NCBI GenBank assembly: GCA_009837085.1
Contig: VXUF01000054.1
Span: 88,705 to 152,704 of the forward strand
DNA length: 64,000 nucleotides
Direction of reading: 5' to 3'
Origin: Holophagales bacterium
Lineage (GTDB): Bacteria; Acidobacteriota; Thermoanaerobaculia; Multivoradales; Multivoraceae
Positions 21,972 to 31,119 of this stretch are shown one piece after another. The position numbers and the translations under genes are program-made. Within the stretch, counting starts at the first letter, position 1; each line of letters opens with the position of its first letter. The notes beneath the pieces are model-generated. The model made no database searches. It was not told the origin of the DNA and saw only the letters and a program-made list of their open reading frames with translations.

Positions 21972-22549
21972 GACGGCGGCGGCGCGTCTGGCGCCTGCGC
22001 ATCTGGTTCTGGGTCGGCGCGGGCCTGTGCGTCCTCAACGCGGCCCTGCTCTCCACCTACCGCGGCGTCTACGCCGGCCGCTTTCAGGCGCTCGAGGACG
22101 AGATCGCACAAGTCCAGAACCTGCGCACCCGGGCCACGCAGGAGGTGGCCCGCCGCGAGGGCCAGGTGACGACGGTCGAGGCGACCCGCAGCCAGGTGCG
22201 GACCCTGTACCGCGAGGGCTTCGCGACCGAACGCGAACGGTTGACCGACCTGATCGGCGAGGTCAAGGAACTGGCCGGCCGCTCGGGCCTCCGGCCCGGT
22301 TCGATCTCATACCCGGAAGCGACCCTGGAGCAGTATGGCCTGGTCGAGAAGTCGATCGTGTTCACGGTCGAGGGGAACTACCGTCAGTTGCGTGGGCTGG
22401 TCAACCTGCTCGAGGTCACGGACACGTTCGTCGCCCTCGAGTCGATCAGCCTGAGCGAGGCGGCGCCCAACCTGCGTATCGATCTCCGGCTGTCGACCCT
22501 GTTCTCCGGCAACGAGTCCCGGACTTCCCGGCAGGAGGCGGGTGCATGA
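21968..22549 (+). CDS. pilO: PilO-like bitopic membrane protein
   Basis: GTGA overlap. Arg-rich N-terminus plus TM, coiled-coil, and a C-terminal domain resembling PilO/GspM. Confidence 0.6.
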   Translation: MRRRRRVWRLRIWFWVGAGLCVLNAALLSTYRGVYAGRFQALEDEIAQVQNLRTRATQEVARREGQVTTVEATRSQVRTLYREGFATERERLTDLIGEVKELAGRSGLRPGSISYPEATLEQYGLVEKSIVFTVEGNYRQLRGLVNLLEVTDTFVALESISLSEAAPNLRIDLRLSTLFSGNESRTSRQEAGA

Positions 22550-23145
22550 GCGCCAGCCAGGCAAGCTCCAACCGCCCGAACCCGCTGCTGCTGGGACTGC
22601 TCGGCGTCGTCGCGTTGATCGCCGCGTGGCGCTACCTGCCGTCGTTCGGTGGCGGCCCCGGCTTCACGCGCACGACCGCGGCCGACCTGCGTTCGACGAC
22701 GATCGACGTCGTCGAACTCAGCGCCTACATCCTCGGCCAGGCGCCACCGCCCAGCCGGCCGACGCGGGACCCATGGTCCTTCGGAGCCCGGCCCGCCCCA
22801 GAGGCGACCGGCGCCGAGCCGGAAGCGCCTCCGCCCCCCGAACCGCCGCGACCCGCCATTCCCGAGACTGCCGTCCTACCGGAGAAACCGGCGCCGGAAC
22901 CGCTCGGAACCCAGCCACCGCCGGTCGACGTTTTCTACATCGGGTCTTTCGGACGCAGCGACAATCCGATCGCGGTCTTCATCGACGCCGACAAGTCCAT
23001 CTTCAACGCACTCGAGGGCGACCTCGTCAAGGACAAGTTCGAAGTGCAGAACATCGGCTACGAGTCGGTCGATCTGCTCTTCGTGGGTTTCCCGGACGAA
23101 CGGCCGGTGCGGCTCGCCATCGGCGGCCGACCGAGCGGCAGCTAA
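22546..23145 (+). CDS. pilP: PilP-like protein (TM anchor, Pro-rich linker, C-terminal beta domain)
   Basis: ATGA overlap with GGAGG upstream. TM segment LLLGLLGVVALIAAW. The Pro-rich linker and C-terminus (VFYIGSF...AVFIDADKSIF...) resemble PilP. The alternative frame 22542-23153 is Arg-rich nonsense. Confidence 0.6.
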   Translation: MSASQASSNRPNPLLLGLLGVVALIAAWRYLPSFGGGPGFTRTTAADLRSTTIDVVELSAYILGQAPPPSRPTRDPWSFGARPAPEATGAEPEAPPPPEPPRPAIPETAVLPEKPAPEPLGTQPPPVDVFYIGSFGRSDNPIAVFIDADKSIFNALEGDLVKDKFEVQNIGYESVDLLFVGFPDERPVRLAIGGRPSGS

Positions 23146-23158
23146 GGACCTGAACCAC

Positions 23159-25594
23159 ATGAACAAACAAGATCGACAACCAAGGCAGCGACAACGGCGG
23201 CACGCTCTCTCGCTGGGACTCGCGATGCTCCTGATCCTCGCTTCCTGCAGTGGCTATCGGAGCTTCCGGGAGGCGCAGCATTCCGAGCTCACGGGCGACT
23301 GGGATACCGCCGTTCTGCGCTACATGGAGCTCGTCACCGCCGACCCGGCGGATCTCCGCTACCGGGCCGGCCTGCTGCGAGCCAAGACCCAGGCCGCTCA
23401 CGCCCACTTCGAAGCGGGCAGGAAGCTGCAGGAGGCTGGCCGCGATCGGGACGCGATGCTCGAGATGCAGCGAGCCGTGCAGCTCGATCCGACCAACCAG
23501 TACGCCCTGACCGAACTCGAGAAGCTCCGTACGAAGATAGAGACCAGCGGCCTCCAGCCCAGGACCATCTCCCAGATGAAGGACGACGCTCGCGCCGCCG
23601 AGCCGATGCCGCCGACGCTCAGTCCATTGTCCGACGAGCCGGTCAGCTTCGACTTCCCGAACGCGACGTTCATGGAGGTCTATCGGGCGATCGGCCAGGC
23701 TTTCGGGATCAACATCGTCTTCGACACGCGGCTGCGCGACGCACCCGTCGGGACCGAGGGCATCGAGCTACGCGACGTGACGGCAATCGAGGGTCTCGAG
23801 ATCCTGATGCACAGTCTCGGCCACTTCTACCGGGTGCTCGATGAGCAGACGATCATGATCCTCCAGGACACGCAGCAGAACCGGCAGCGGTTCGAGGATC
23901 GCATCATCCAGACGTTCTTTCTCTCGAACTCGGACGTGAAGGACGTGATGACCATCCTGCGCAGCCTGCTGAACACGAGGTTCATCGCGACCAACGAACG
24001 GCTGAACGCGATCGCCATGCTGGACAGCGTGGAGAAGGTCAAGATCGCTCAACGGTTGATCGAGCAGAACGACAAGGCAAAGGCCGAAGTCGTCGTCGAC
24101 GTGGAACTGCTCCAGATAGACACAGCGAAGCTCCAGGAGCTCGGCCTGTCGCTGGACGCGAACCGTCTCGGCATCAGTCTCGACATCGGCGGCGAGGAGG
24201 TGCCCCTCCGGTTGTCGGACGTGGAGTCCCTGAATCAGAACAACTGGGTGCTGACCGTGCCCGGCTTCCTGTTCGATTTCGTCAAGAACGCGACGGATGC
24301 GCAGACCCTGGCCAAACCGCAGGTTCGGATCACCGAAGGTGAGCAGGCGTCCTTCTCGATCGGCGACCGCGTGCCGGTCCCGGTCACCAGCTTCAACACC
24401 GCGAACACGGCGGGCAGCAACATCGTGCCGATCACCTCCTACCAGTACCAGAACGTCGGCATCGACGTGCAGATCACACCACGGGTGCATCACAACGAAG
24501 AGGTCTCGCTCACGCTCAACATCGAGGTCAGCAACATCAGCGGCCAGATCGAAAGCCAGCCGATCATCGGCAGCCGCAACATCGAGACCAGCATCCGGCT
24601 GCGGGACGGTGAGACGAACTTCCTGGCCGGGTTGATCCGTACGTCCGAGACGAACAGTCAAGGCGGCATTCCCGGGCTGTCCGAGATCCCCGTGCTGGGG
24701 CGTCTGTTCTCCCGGCGTTCGACCGACAACAAGCGCACCGACATCGTGCTGACCCTGACGCCCCACATCATCCGGCGCGCGGACATCCGGGAGGAGGACC
24801 TCGCTCCGATCTGGGTCGGCACGGAGAGCAACGTCGTCTACCGAGGCTCGAGCCCGAGGATCGACTCCGGGGTCGACGGGCCCTTCGACGAACCGGCTAC
24901 GGAGAGCGGGGCGCGCGACGAACTCCAGGAACGGCTGCCGCCGGGCCTGCGGGACGCGGCGCCAGAAGGCGGACAGTCACAGGGCGAAGAAGACGATGGA
25001 CCGCCGCTGGGTGTTGAGTTGGTACCGCCGCCCGGAAACCCGCAGCGCAACGCCGGCCGGCTCGACTCCCAACCGGCCCCCGATTCCACACAGATCATCG
25101 TGCCTGCGGCACTCCAGGAACAGGCCGCCCGCTCTACAGCCGAAATCGAGCTGACCTTCGCCCCCGAAGCACTGCGCGCAAGTGTCGGCGACAGTTTCGA
25201 GGTGCGGCTCGACGTCCGGTCCACGGCACCGCTTTCCCACCTGCCGTTGCGGCTGCGCTTCGACCCGTCGCTGATCGAAGTCACCGCGGTGCGGGCGGGG
25301 TCCTTCCTGGGCGACGACGAGGAGATCTCGCTCATGACCAACGAGTCGACCCCGGGCATGGTCGTCGTGGGCCTTAGCCGGCTCGGCGACCGGCCGGGCG
25401 TAGCCGGCCGCGGACGTCTGCTGGCGCTCGAGGTGCGGGCCGTCGATCCGGGGACGGCGACGATCGCTGTCGAGCAGGCCAGGCCCAAGGGCCCGGCTCT
25501 CGAGGAGCTGGCCTCGCCCGACGTTCAGCCGCTCGAGATCGAGATCCGGGACGGAGAGGGTCCGGATCGTGAACGGCCGGAGACGGTCGCATGA
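23159..25594 (+). CDS. Secretin (PilQ/GspD family) lipoprotein with N-terminal TPR-like region and C-terminal cohesin-like domain
   Basis: Lipobox LLILASC. TPR-like segment. Secretin_N repeats. Secretin domain (GGIPGLSEIPVLGRLF, VLTLTPHII). The roughly 150-aa C-terminal extension (EIELTFAPE...FEVRLDV...LRLRFDPSLIEVTAV) is cohesin-like. Confidence 0.88.
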   Translation: MNKQDRQPRQRQRRHALSLGLAMLLILASCSGYRSFREAQHSELTGDWDTAVLRYMELVTADPADLRYRAGLLRAKTQAAHAHFEAGRKLQEAGRDRDAMLEMQRAVQLDPTNQYALTELEKLRTKIETSGLQPRTISQMKDDARAAEPMPPTLSPLSDEPVSFDFPNATFMEVYRAIGQAFGINIVFDTRLRDAPVGTEGIELRDVTAIEGLEILMHSLGHFYRVLDEQTIMILQDTQQNRQRFEDRIIQTFFLSNSDVKDVMTILRSLLNTRFIATNERLNAIAMLDSVEKVKIAQRLIEQNDKAKAEVVVDVELLQIDTAKLQELGLSLDANRLGISLDIGGEEVPLRLSDVESLNQNNWVLTVPGFLFDFVKNATDAQTLAKPQVRITEGEQASFSIGDRVPVPVTSFNTANTAGSNIVPITSYQYQNVGIDVQITPRVHHNEEVSLTLNIEVSNISGQIESQPIIGSRNIETSIRLRDGETNFLAGLIRTSETNSQGGIPGLSEIPVLGRLFSRRSTDNKRTDIVLTLTPHIIRRADIREEDLAPIWVGTESNVVYRGSSPRIDSGVDGPFDEPATESGARDELQERLPPGLRDAAPEGGQSQGEEDDGPPLGVELVPPPGNPQRNAGRLDSQPAPDSTQIIVPAALQEQAARSTAEIELTFAPEALRASVGDSFEVRLDVRSTAPLSHLPLRLRFDPSLIEVTAVRAGSFLGDDEEISLMTNESTPGMVVVGLSRLGDRPGVAGRGRLLALEVRAVDPGTATIAVEQARPKGPALEELASPDVQPLEIEIRDGEGPDRERPETVA

Positions 25595-26061
25595 GGACCG
25601 CCGGCGCGTGGCGAAGAGCCGGCTACACGCTGGTCGAGCTGGTCACGGTCTGTGCCGTCATGCTGGTCCTGGCCGCTGTCGCCCTGCCGACCGCGACCTA
25701 CACGAACAAGAGAATCAAGGAAGCAGAACTGCGCTCCCACCTCCGCCAGATGCGCAACGCGATCGACGAGCACAAGCGCTACAGCGATGTCGGGCTCATC
25801 CCGATCGAGATCGGCACTGACGGCTATCCAAGTGAACTCGAGAACCTGGTGGCGCCCATCCAGCTCATCGGGCAGGCCGAGGGCGAGATCCGTTTCCTCC
25901 GCCGCATCCCCGTCGACCCGATGACCGGCGAGGCGGCGTGGGGGCTGATGAGCTACCAGGATGACCCCGACAACCGTTCGTGGGGAGGCGAGAACGTCTA
26001 CGACGTGTACTCCCTGAGCAACGGCGTCGGTCTGAACCGGGTCCCCTACCGGGAGTGGTGA
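25591..26061 (+). CDS. gspG: GspG-like pseudopilin (prepilin-type N-terminus)
   Basis: Prepilin leader with G/YTLVELV and Glu at +5. C-terminus ...RRIPVDPMTG...W like GspG. Confidence 0.8.
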   Translation: MRTAGAWRRAGYTLVELVTVCAVMLVLAAVALPTATYTNKRIKEAELRSHLRQMRNAIDEHKRYSDVGLIPIEIGTDGYPSELENLVAPIQLIGQAEGEIRFLRRIPVDPMTGEAAWGLMSYQDDPDNRSWGGENVYDVYSLSNGVGLNRVPYREW

Positions 26062-26062
26062 A

Positions 26063-26512
26063 ATGAACGAACGCCTCCGCACCCAGCGCCCAGGGCCCCA
26101 GGGCGGCATGTCTCTGCTGGAACTCATCATCGTGATGGCGATCATCGGCATCCTCGCCGCCGTCGCCGTGCCGCTGCTCAAGAACGCACCCCGGCGGGCG
26201 CAGGAGGCAGCCCTCAAGCAGAACCTCCGTGTCATGCGCGACGCGATCGAGCAGCACTACGCCGACAAGGGTCACTATCCGCCGAGCCTCCAGGCGCTCG
26301 TCGAGGAGGAGTACTTGCGGGCCATCCCGCCCGACCCGATTACCCGCAGCACCGAGACCTGGGTCGAGGTGCTGGCCGAGTTCCCTTCGGCAACCGACGA
26401 AGAGCCCTGGGCCGAGACCGACCTTTCGCAGTTCGGGGATCCGGGAGTCGAGGACGTCCACTCCGGCTCGGAGGAAAGCTCGCTGACCGGGGAGGCTTAT
26501 GCCGACTGGTGA
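26063..26512 (+). CDS. gspG: GspG-like major pseudopilin
   Basis: Leader ...QGG/MSLLELIIVMAIIGILAAVAVP. GspG-like core (HYPPSLQALVEEEYLRAIPPDP). Confidence 0.85.
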   Translation: MNERLRTQRPGPQGGMSLLELIIVMAIIGILAAVAVPLLKNAPRRAQEAALKQNLRVMRDAIEQHYADKGHYPPSLQALVEEEYLRAIPPDPITRSTETWVEVLAEFPSATDEEPWAETDLSQFGDPGVEDVHSGSEESSLTGEAYADW

Positions 26513-27224
26513 CCGCAGGCGCCGCGGCGAGCGGCGCCGGGACGACTCAGCCGAGGCCGGCTACAACCTGGTGGCCCTGGCCATCCTGATCACGGTGATG
26601 AACATCGCAGTCGCGGCAGCACTGCCCTACTGGAGCAGCTGGGCTCAGCGACAGAAGGAAGCCGAACTCATCTTCCGCGGCTTGCAGTACGCCGAGGCGA
26701 TCCGGATCTTTCGTGTCCGTCAGGGACGCCTGCCGACGGCGCTCGAGGAACTGGTCGAAGTACACCCGCGGGCGATTCGTCAACTGTGGCCCAATCCGAT
26801 GGCCGAGGACGGCCGCTGGGGACTGCTGATGCAGGGGGGAGCGAGCAGCACCGATCGGCGCGGCAACCAGAACGACGACGACGAACCGGCGAGCAACGCC
26901 GCGGCCATCGCGGCTGCCGGCGGCGGCGCGATGACCGCCGTTCCGCCGCCGAACGAGGAAGAGGGTGAAGAAACCGTCGTCGGGCCGATCCTTGGGGTCT
27001 ACAGCGCGACGCCCGGTCCCTCGAAGCGCGTCTTCAACGGCCAGCAGGATGTCGGTGACTGGTACTTCACCAGCGAACTGATCCAGCTCAGGCCCGGCAA
27101 CGCCGCCGACGGTCGGCCGCCGCCGCGGCTGACCAGCGAGTGGATCGGCAAGCCGTTCCCGCCTGGAGTGCTCGACGGCCCCAGGGTTCAGGACGGCACG
27201 GCGCCCGGCAGAGAGGCCCGTTGA
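26499..27224 (+). CDS. Atypical minor pseudopilin-like protein (prepilin-like TM, no Glu5, Gly/Asn/Asp-rich linker)
   Basis: N-terminus ...EAG/YNLVALAILITVMNIAVAAALP has Ala at +5. Downstream is a low-complexity Gly/Asp stretch. Confidence 0.55.
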   Translation: MPTGDRRRRGERRRDDSAEAGYNLVALAILITVMNIAVAAALPYWSSWAQRQKEAELIFRGLQYAEAIRIFRVRQGRLPTALEELVEVHPRAIRQLWPNPMAEDGRWGLLMQGGASSTDRRGNQNDDDEPASNAAAIAAAGGGAMTAVPPPNEEEGEETVVGPILGVYSATPGPSKRVFNGQQDVGDWYFTSELIQLRPGNAADGRPPPRLTSEWIGKPFPPGVLDGPRVQDGTAPGREAR

Positions 27225-27685
27225 GCACGGAAGCCGCCGTTGCCGTCCGGATTCGCCTGCTGCCGCACGCCGCCGGTCTGCCGGAACGGGCTTCGAGCGG
27301 CAGCGCCGGCTACGACCTGCGCGCCGCCACTTCAGAGCCGGTCCGGATCGCCCCCGGCGCGCGAAGTCTGATCCCGACAGGTCTGATTCTCGGCCTGCCG
27401 CCTGGCTACGAGGCGCAGATCCGGCCCCGCAGCGGACTCGCGTTTCGCCAGGGCCTGACGGTTCTGAACGCTCCTGGCACGATCGACAGCGACTATCGAG
27501 GCGAAGTCAAGCTGCTGCTGGCCAACCTGGGCGACGAGCCCGTGGACGTTGAACGCGGCCAGCGGCTGGCGCAGATGGTGGTCGCCGCCGTGCCCGAGAT
27601 CAGGTTCCAGGAGGACGACTCCCTCGGACAACGGCCCACGGAGGGCGGCCGCAACGACGGTGGCTTCGGATCCACCGGCACCTAG
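27221..27685 (+). CDS. dut: dUTP diphosphatase
   Basis: dUTPase motifs (AGYDLRA, RSGLA, GTIDSDYRGE, GGFGSTG). TTG start overlapping the upstream stop. Confidence 0.88.
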   Translation: MSTEAAVAVRIRLLPHAAGLPERASSGSAGYDLRAATSEPVRIAPGARSLIPTGLILGLPPGYEAQIRPRSGLAFRQGLTVLNAPGTIDSDYRGEVKLLLANLGDEPVDVERGQRLAQMVVAAVPEIRFQEDDSLGQRPTEGGRNDGGFGSTGT

Positions 27686-27689
27686 CCAG

Positions 27690-28280
27690 CTAGTTCGAGT
27701 CGCCGTCGCCGGCGGTCCAGCTCGGCAAGGACGCGGGATCGATCCCCAGTGACGCAAGCGCGCCCGACCAGGCGCCTACTGGATCAGTGGAAAACACGAT
27801 GGACTCCTCGACCGGCGCCGTCAGCCAGTCGCTGCGGCTGACCTCCTGCATCAACTGACCCGGTGCCCAGCCCGCGTGGCCCAGGAGCAGCCTCATCCGA
27901 TCCGGTGCGCTACGGGCAAGCGTGCGCAGCGCGAGAATGTTCTGCGTGGCTCCGACGCCCGGGGCGATCTCCGTGATGCCGTCCCGCTCCAGGCCAGTCA
28001 GGCCGTCGAGAGACAGCAGCACCGTGCCGACCTCAGGCTGCACCGGACCGCCGACGAAGGCCACGACTTCCGAGCCTCCGGACCACTCGATGTCGAGTTC
28101 ACGCAGGACCTCGTCGACCTTGAGCTGGCTCGGCCGGTTGACGACGAAGCCCAGACTGCCCCCCTCGCCGCCATCCTCGTGGGCCGCGAGCAGTACGACC
28201 GCCCGAAAGAAGAACGGATCGAGAACCTGGGGCATGGCGACCAGCAGCGTCGGCGTCTCGAAGTCGTCCACCCCCGACAT
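27690..28280 (-). CDS. YqgE/AlgH family protein (UPF0301)
   Basis: Whole-length match to the YqgE/AlgH pattern (LLVAMP...DPFFRAVVLL...GGP). Confidence 0.85.
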   Translation of the reverse strand: MSGVDDFETPTLLVAMPQVLDPFFFRAVVLLAAHEDGGEGGSLGFVVNRPSQLKVDEVLRELDIEWSGGSEVVAFVGGPVQPEVGTVLLSLDGLTGLERDGITEIAPGVGATQNILALRTLARSAPDRMRLLLGHAGWAPGQLMQEVSRSDWLTAPVEESIVFSTDPVGAWSGALASLGIDPASLPSWTAGDGDSN

Positions 28281-28352
28281 GAGCGCGACTCTACATGCGG
28301 CCGCGGGTCATGGCCGACTGACGACCGCGGCGCTTTGGGTTATCTTGTGGAC

Positions 28353-31088
28353 ATGACGAACAGCTTCGGCGCGATGCGAACGATGACCGCTGCCGGGCGA
28401 TCCTTCCGGATCGCTCACCTGCCTACACTGGGAGCCGCCGGCTTGCCGATAGAACGGCTGCCGTACGCCCTGAAGATACTGCTGGAGAACCTGCTCCGCC
28501 GGGAGGACGGTCGCGTCGTTCCGGCCGGCGACATCGAGGCCGTGGCGCGCTGGGAACCCCTGGCCGAACCGAATGTCGAGATCGCCTTCATGCCCGGCCG
28601 GGTGCTGCTCCAGGACTTCACCGGCGTACCCGCCGTGGCCGACCTTGCCGCAATGCGGGATGCGATGGCGGCCATGGGCAGCGATGCTGCCCGCATCAAC
28701 CCGTTGCAGCCGGCAGAGCTGGTGATCGACCACTCCGTGCAGGTCGACGAATACGGTTCCGCCGCGGCGCTGCTGATCAACGCCGAGCGCGAGTTCGAGC
28801 GCAACGAAGAGCGCTACCTGTTCCTGCGCTGGGGCCAGACCGCCTTCGAGAACTTCCGCGTCGTGCCGCCGGCAACCGGCATCGTTCACCAGGTCAACCT
28901 CGAGTACCTCGCGCGTGGCGTGATGACCTCGCGGAACGGTCACACCGAGGCTCCCTTCGCCTATCCCGACACGCTGGTGGGCACCGACTCCCACACCACG
29001 ATGATCAACGGCCTGGGGGTCCTCGGCTGGGGCGTGGGCGGCATCGAGGCGGAGGCCGCGATGCTGGGTCAGCCGATCGCCATGCTGGTGCCGCAGGTCG
29101 TCGGCTTCCGGCTCGTCGGCGCCCTGCCGGAGGGCACGACCGCCACCGACCTCGTACTGCGAGTGACGGAGATGCTGCGCAGCCACGGAGTCGTCGGCAA
29201 GTTCGTCGAGTTCTTCGGGCCCGGGCTCGCCGACCTCAGACTGGCCGACCGCGCGACGATCGCGAACATGGCGCCCGAGTACGGCGCCACCTGCGGCATC
29301 TTCCCGATCGACCGTGCCGCCATCGACTACCTCCGGTTCACCGGGCGCAGCGAACGGCAGGTGGAGTTGGTCGAGGCGTACTGCCGCGAACAGGGGCTCT
29401 TCCACGATTCGGACACGCCGGAAGCGGAGTACAGCGACACGCTGGAACTCGACCTGGCCACGGTCGAGCCGTCGCTGGCCGGCCCCCGACGACCCCAGGA
29501 TCGGGTTCCCCTGTCCGAGGTCAAGGACTCCTTCCTCGGTCAGTTGCCTCAGTTGTCGACCCGCGGCGGTGGCCTGCCGGTACTCGACGGCAACAGCGCG
29601 GCCGACGACGCCACGGCTGCCGACGACGCCGCGAATGCCGGTGAACGGCCCGGGATCACCGACGGTTCCGTGGTCATCGCCGCCATCACGAGCTGCACGA
29701 ACACCTCGAACCCGTCCGTCATGCTGGCGGCCGGCCTGCTGGCGAAGAACGCCGTCGAGGCCGGCCTGCGGACCCGGCCGTGGGTGAAGACGAGTCTGGC
29801 GCCCGGGTCCAAGGTCGTGACCGACTACCTGGCCGAGGCCGGCCTGACCGCCTACCTGGAACAGCTCGGCTTCCACACCGTCGGTTACGGCTGCACGACC
29901 TGTATCGGCAACAGCGGCCCGCTGCCCCCCGCGACATCGACCGCGATCGCCGAAGGCGAGCTGGTCACCGTTTCCGTCCTCTCCGGGAATCGCAACTTCG
30001 AGGGACGTATCTCGAGCGAGGTGCGCGCCAACTACCTGGCCTCACCCCCGCTGGTCGTGGCCTACGCGCTCGCCGGCCGCATCGACATCGATCTGTACCG
30101 CGAACCGCTCGCCGACGGACCCGACGGACCCGTCTACCTGCGCGACCTCTGGCCGGCTCAGGGCGACATCCAGGCGGCCCTCGAGAACTCGCTGCGGCCA
30201 GAGATGTTCACGCGCCAGTACTCCGACGTCTTCGCGGGCAGCGAGACCTGGCAGGCACTCGACGTTCCCTCGGGCCAGACGTTCGACTGGCAGGCCGATT
30301 CGACCTACGTGAAGCAGCCTCCGTTCTTCGTCGACATGCCGCGCCAGCCGGAACCCGTCCAGGACATCCGCGGCGCCAGGGTGTTGGCCTTGCTCGGCGA
30401 CACGGTGACCACGGACCACATCTCGCCCGCCGGCCCGATCAGTAGCGACAGTCCGGCCGCTGCCTATCTGCGCGGCCTGGGAGTGGAGCCCCTCCAGTTC
30501 AACTCGTACGGCGCCCGCCGCGGCAACCACGAGGTCATGATGCGCGGCACGTTCGCCAACGTCCGCCTCCGCAACCACCTGGTGCCGGGAGTCGAGGGCG
30601 GCTACACCGTGCTGCTGCCGGAAGGCGAGCAGATGTCGATCTTCGACGCGGCGATGGCCTACCGCGAACGCGGCGTGCCCCAGATCATCCTGGCCGGCCT
30701 CGAGTACGGCACGGGGTCGTCGCGCGATTGGGCCGCCAAGGGGCCCCGGCTGCTCGGCGTAGGGGCGGTCATCGCCAGGAGCTACGAACGGATCCACCGC
30801 AGCAACCTGGTCGGGATGGGGATCGCGCCGCTTGAGTTCCTGGACGGCGAAGGTCCCGCCGAACTGGGGCTCACGGGCCGCGAGGAGTACGCCATCGAAG
30901 GGCTTGCCGCCGGACTCGCAGCGGACTTCGAACCCGGCCTGACCGTGCGTGTGCGAGCAACGGGCGATGACGGCGAGATCGCCTTCCGCGCGCGCGTCCG
31001 CCTCGACACGCCCCAGGAGGCGGAGTACTACCGGCACGCGGGCATCCTCCAGTACGTGCTGCGACAGCTCCTTGACGACGACGCCTGA
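28353..31088 (+). CDS. acnA: Aconitate hydratase A
   Basis: 911 aa. Fe-S ligand and active-site regions (TDSHTTM, NTSNPSV, CTTCIGNSG, SGNRNFEGR) and swivel domain. Confidence 0.95.
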   Translation: MTNSFGAMRTMTAAGRSFRIAHLPTLGAAGLPIERLPYALKILLENLLRREDGRVVPAGDIEAVARWEPLAEPNVEIAFMPGRVLLQDFTGVPAVADLAAMRDAMAAMGSDAARINPLQPAELVIDHSVQVDEYGSAAALLINAEREFERNEERYLFLRWGQTAFENFRVVPPATGIVHQVNLEYLARGVMTSRNGHTEAPFAYPDTLVGTDSHTTMINGLGVLGWGVGGIEAEAAMLGQPIAMLVPQVVGFRLVGALPEGTTATDLVLRVTEMLRSHGVVGKFVEFFGPGLADLRLADRATIANMAPEYGATCGIFPIDRAAIDYLRFTGRSERQVELVEAYCREQGLFHDSDTPEAEYSDTLELDLATVEPSLAGPRRPQDRVPLSEVKDSFLGQLPQLSTRGGGLPVLDGNSAADDATAADDAANAGERPGITDGSVVIAAITSCTNTSNPSVMLAAGLLAKNAVEAGLRTRPWVKTSLAPGSKVVTDYLAEAGLTAYLEQLGFHTVGYGCTTCIGNSGPLPPATSTAIAEGELVTVSVLSGNRNFEGRISSEVRANYLASPPLVVAYALAGRIDIDLYREPLADGPDGPVYLRDLWPAQGDIQAALENSLRPEMFTRQYSDVFAGSETWQALDVPSGQTFDWQADSTYVKQPPFFVDMPRQPEPVQDIRGARVLALLGDTVTTDHISPAGPISSDSPAAAYLRGLGVEPLQFNSYGARRGNHEVMMRGTFANVRLRNHLVPGVEGGYTVLLPEGEQMSIFDAAMAYRERGVPQIILAGLEYGTGSSRDWAAKGPRLLGVGAVIARSYERIHRSNLVGMGIAPLEFLDGEGPAELGLTGREEYAIEGLAAGLAADFEPGLTVRVRATGDDGEIAFRARVRLDTPQEAEYYRHAGILQYVLRQLLDDDA

Positions 31089-31119
31089 TCGACGCCTTCC
31101 GGTCGCGCCGGTCGCCGCG

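Noticed and set aside
22542-23153. Alternative 203-aa ORF overlapping the PilP-like gene in another frame
   Set aside because: The Arg-rich translation has no features. The 22546-23145 frame has a TM segment, a Pro-rich linker, a PilP-like beta domain, and a proper ATGA/SD junction.
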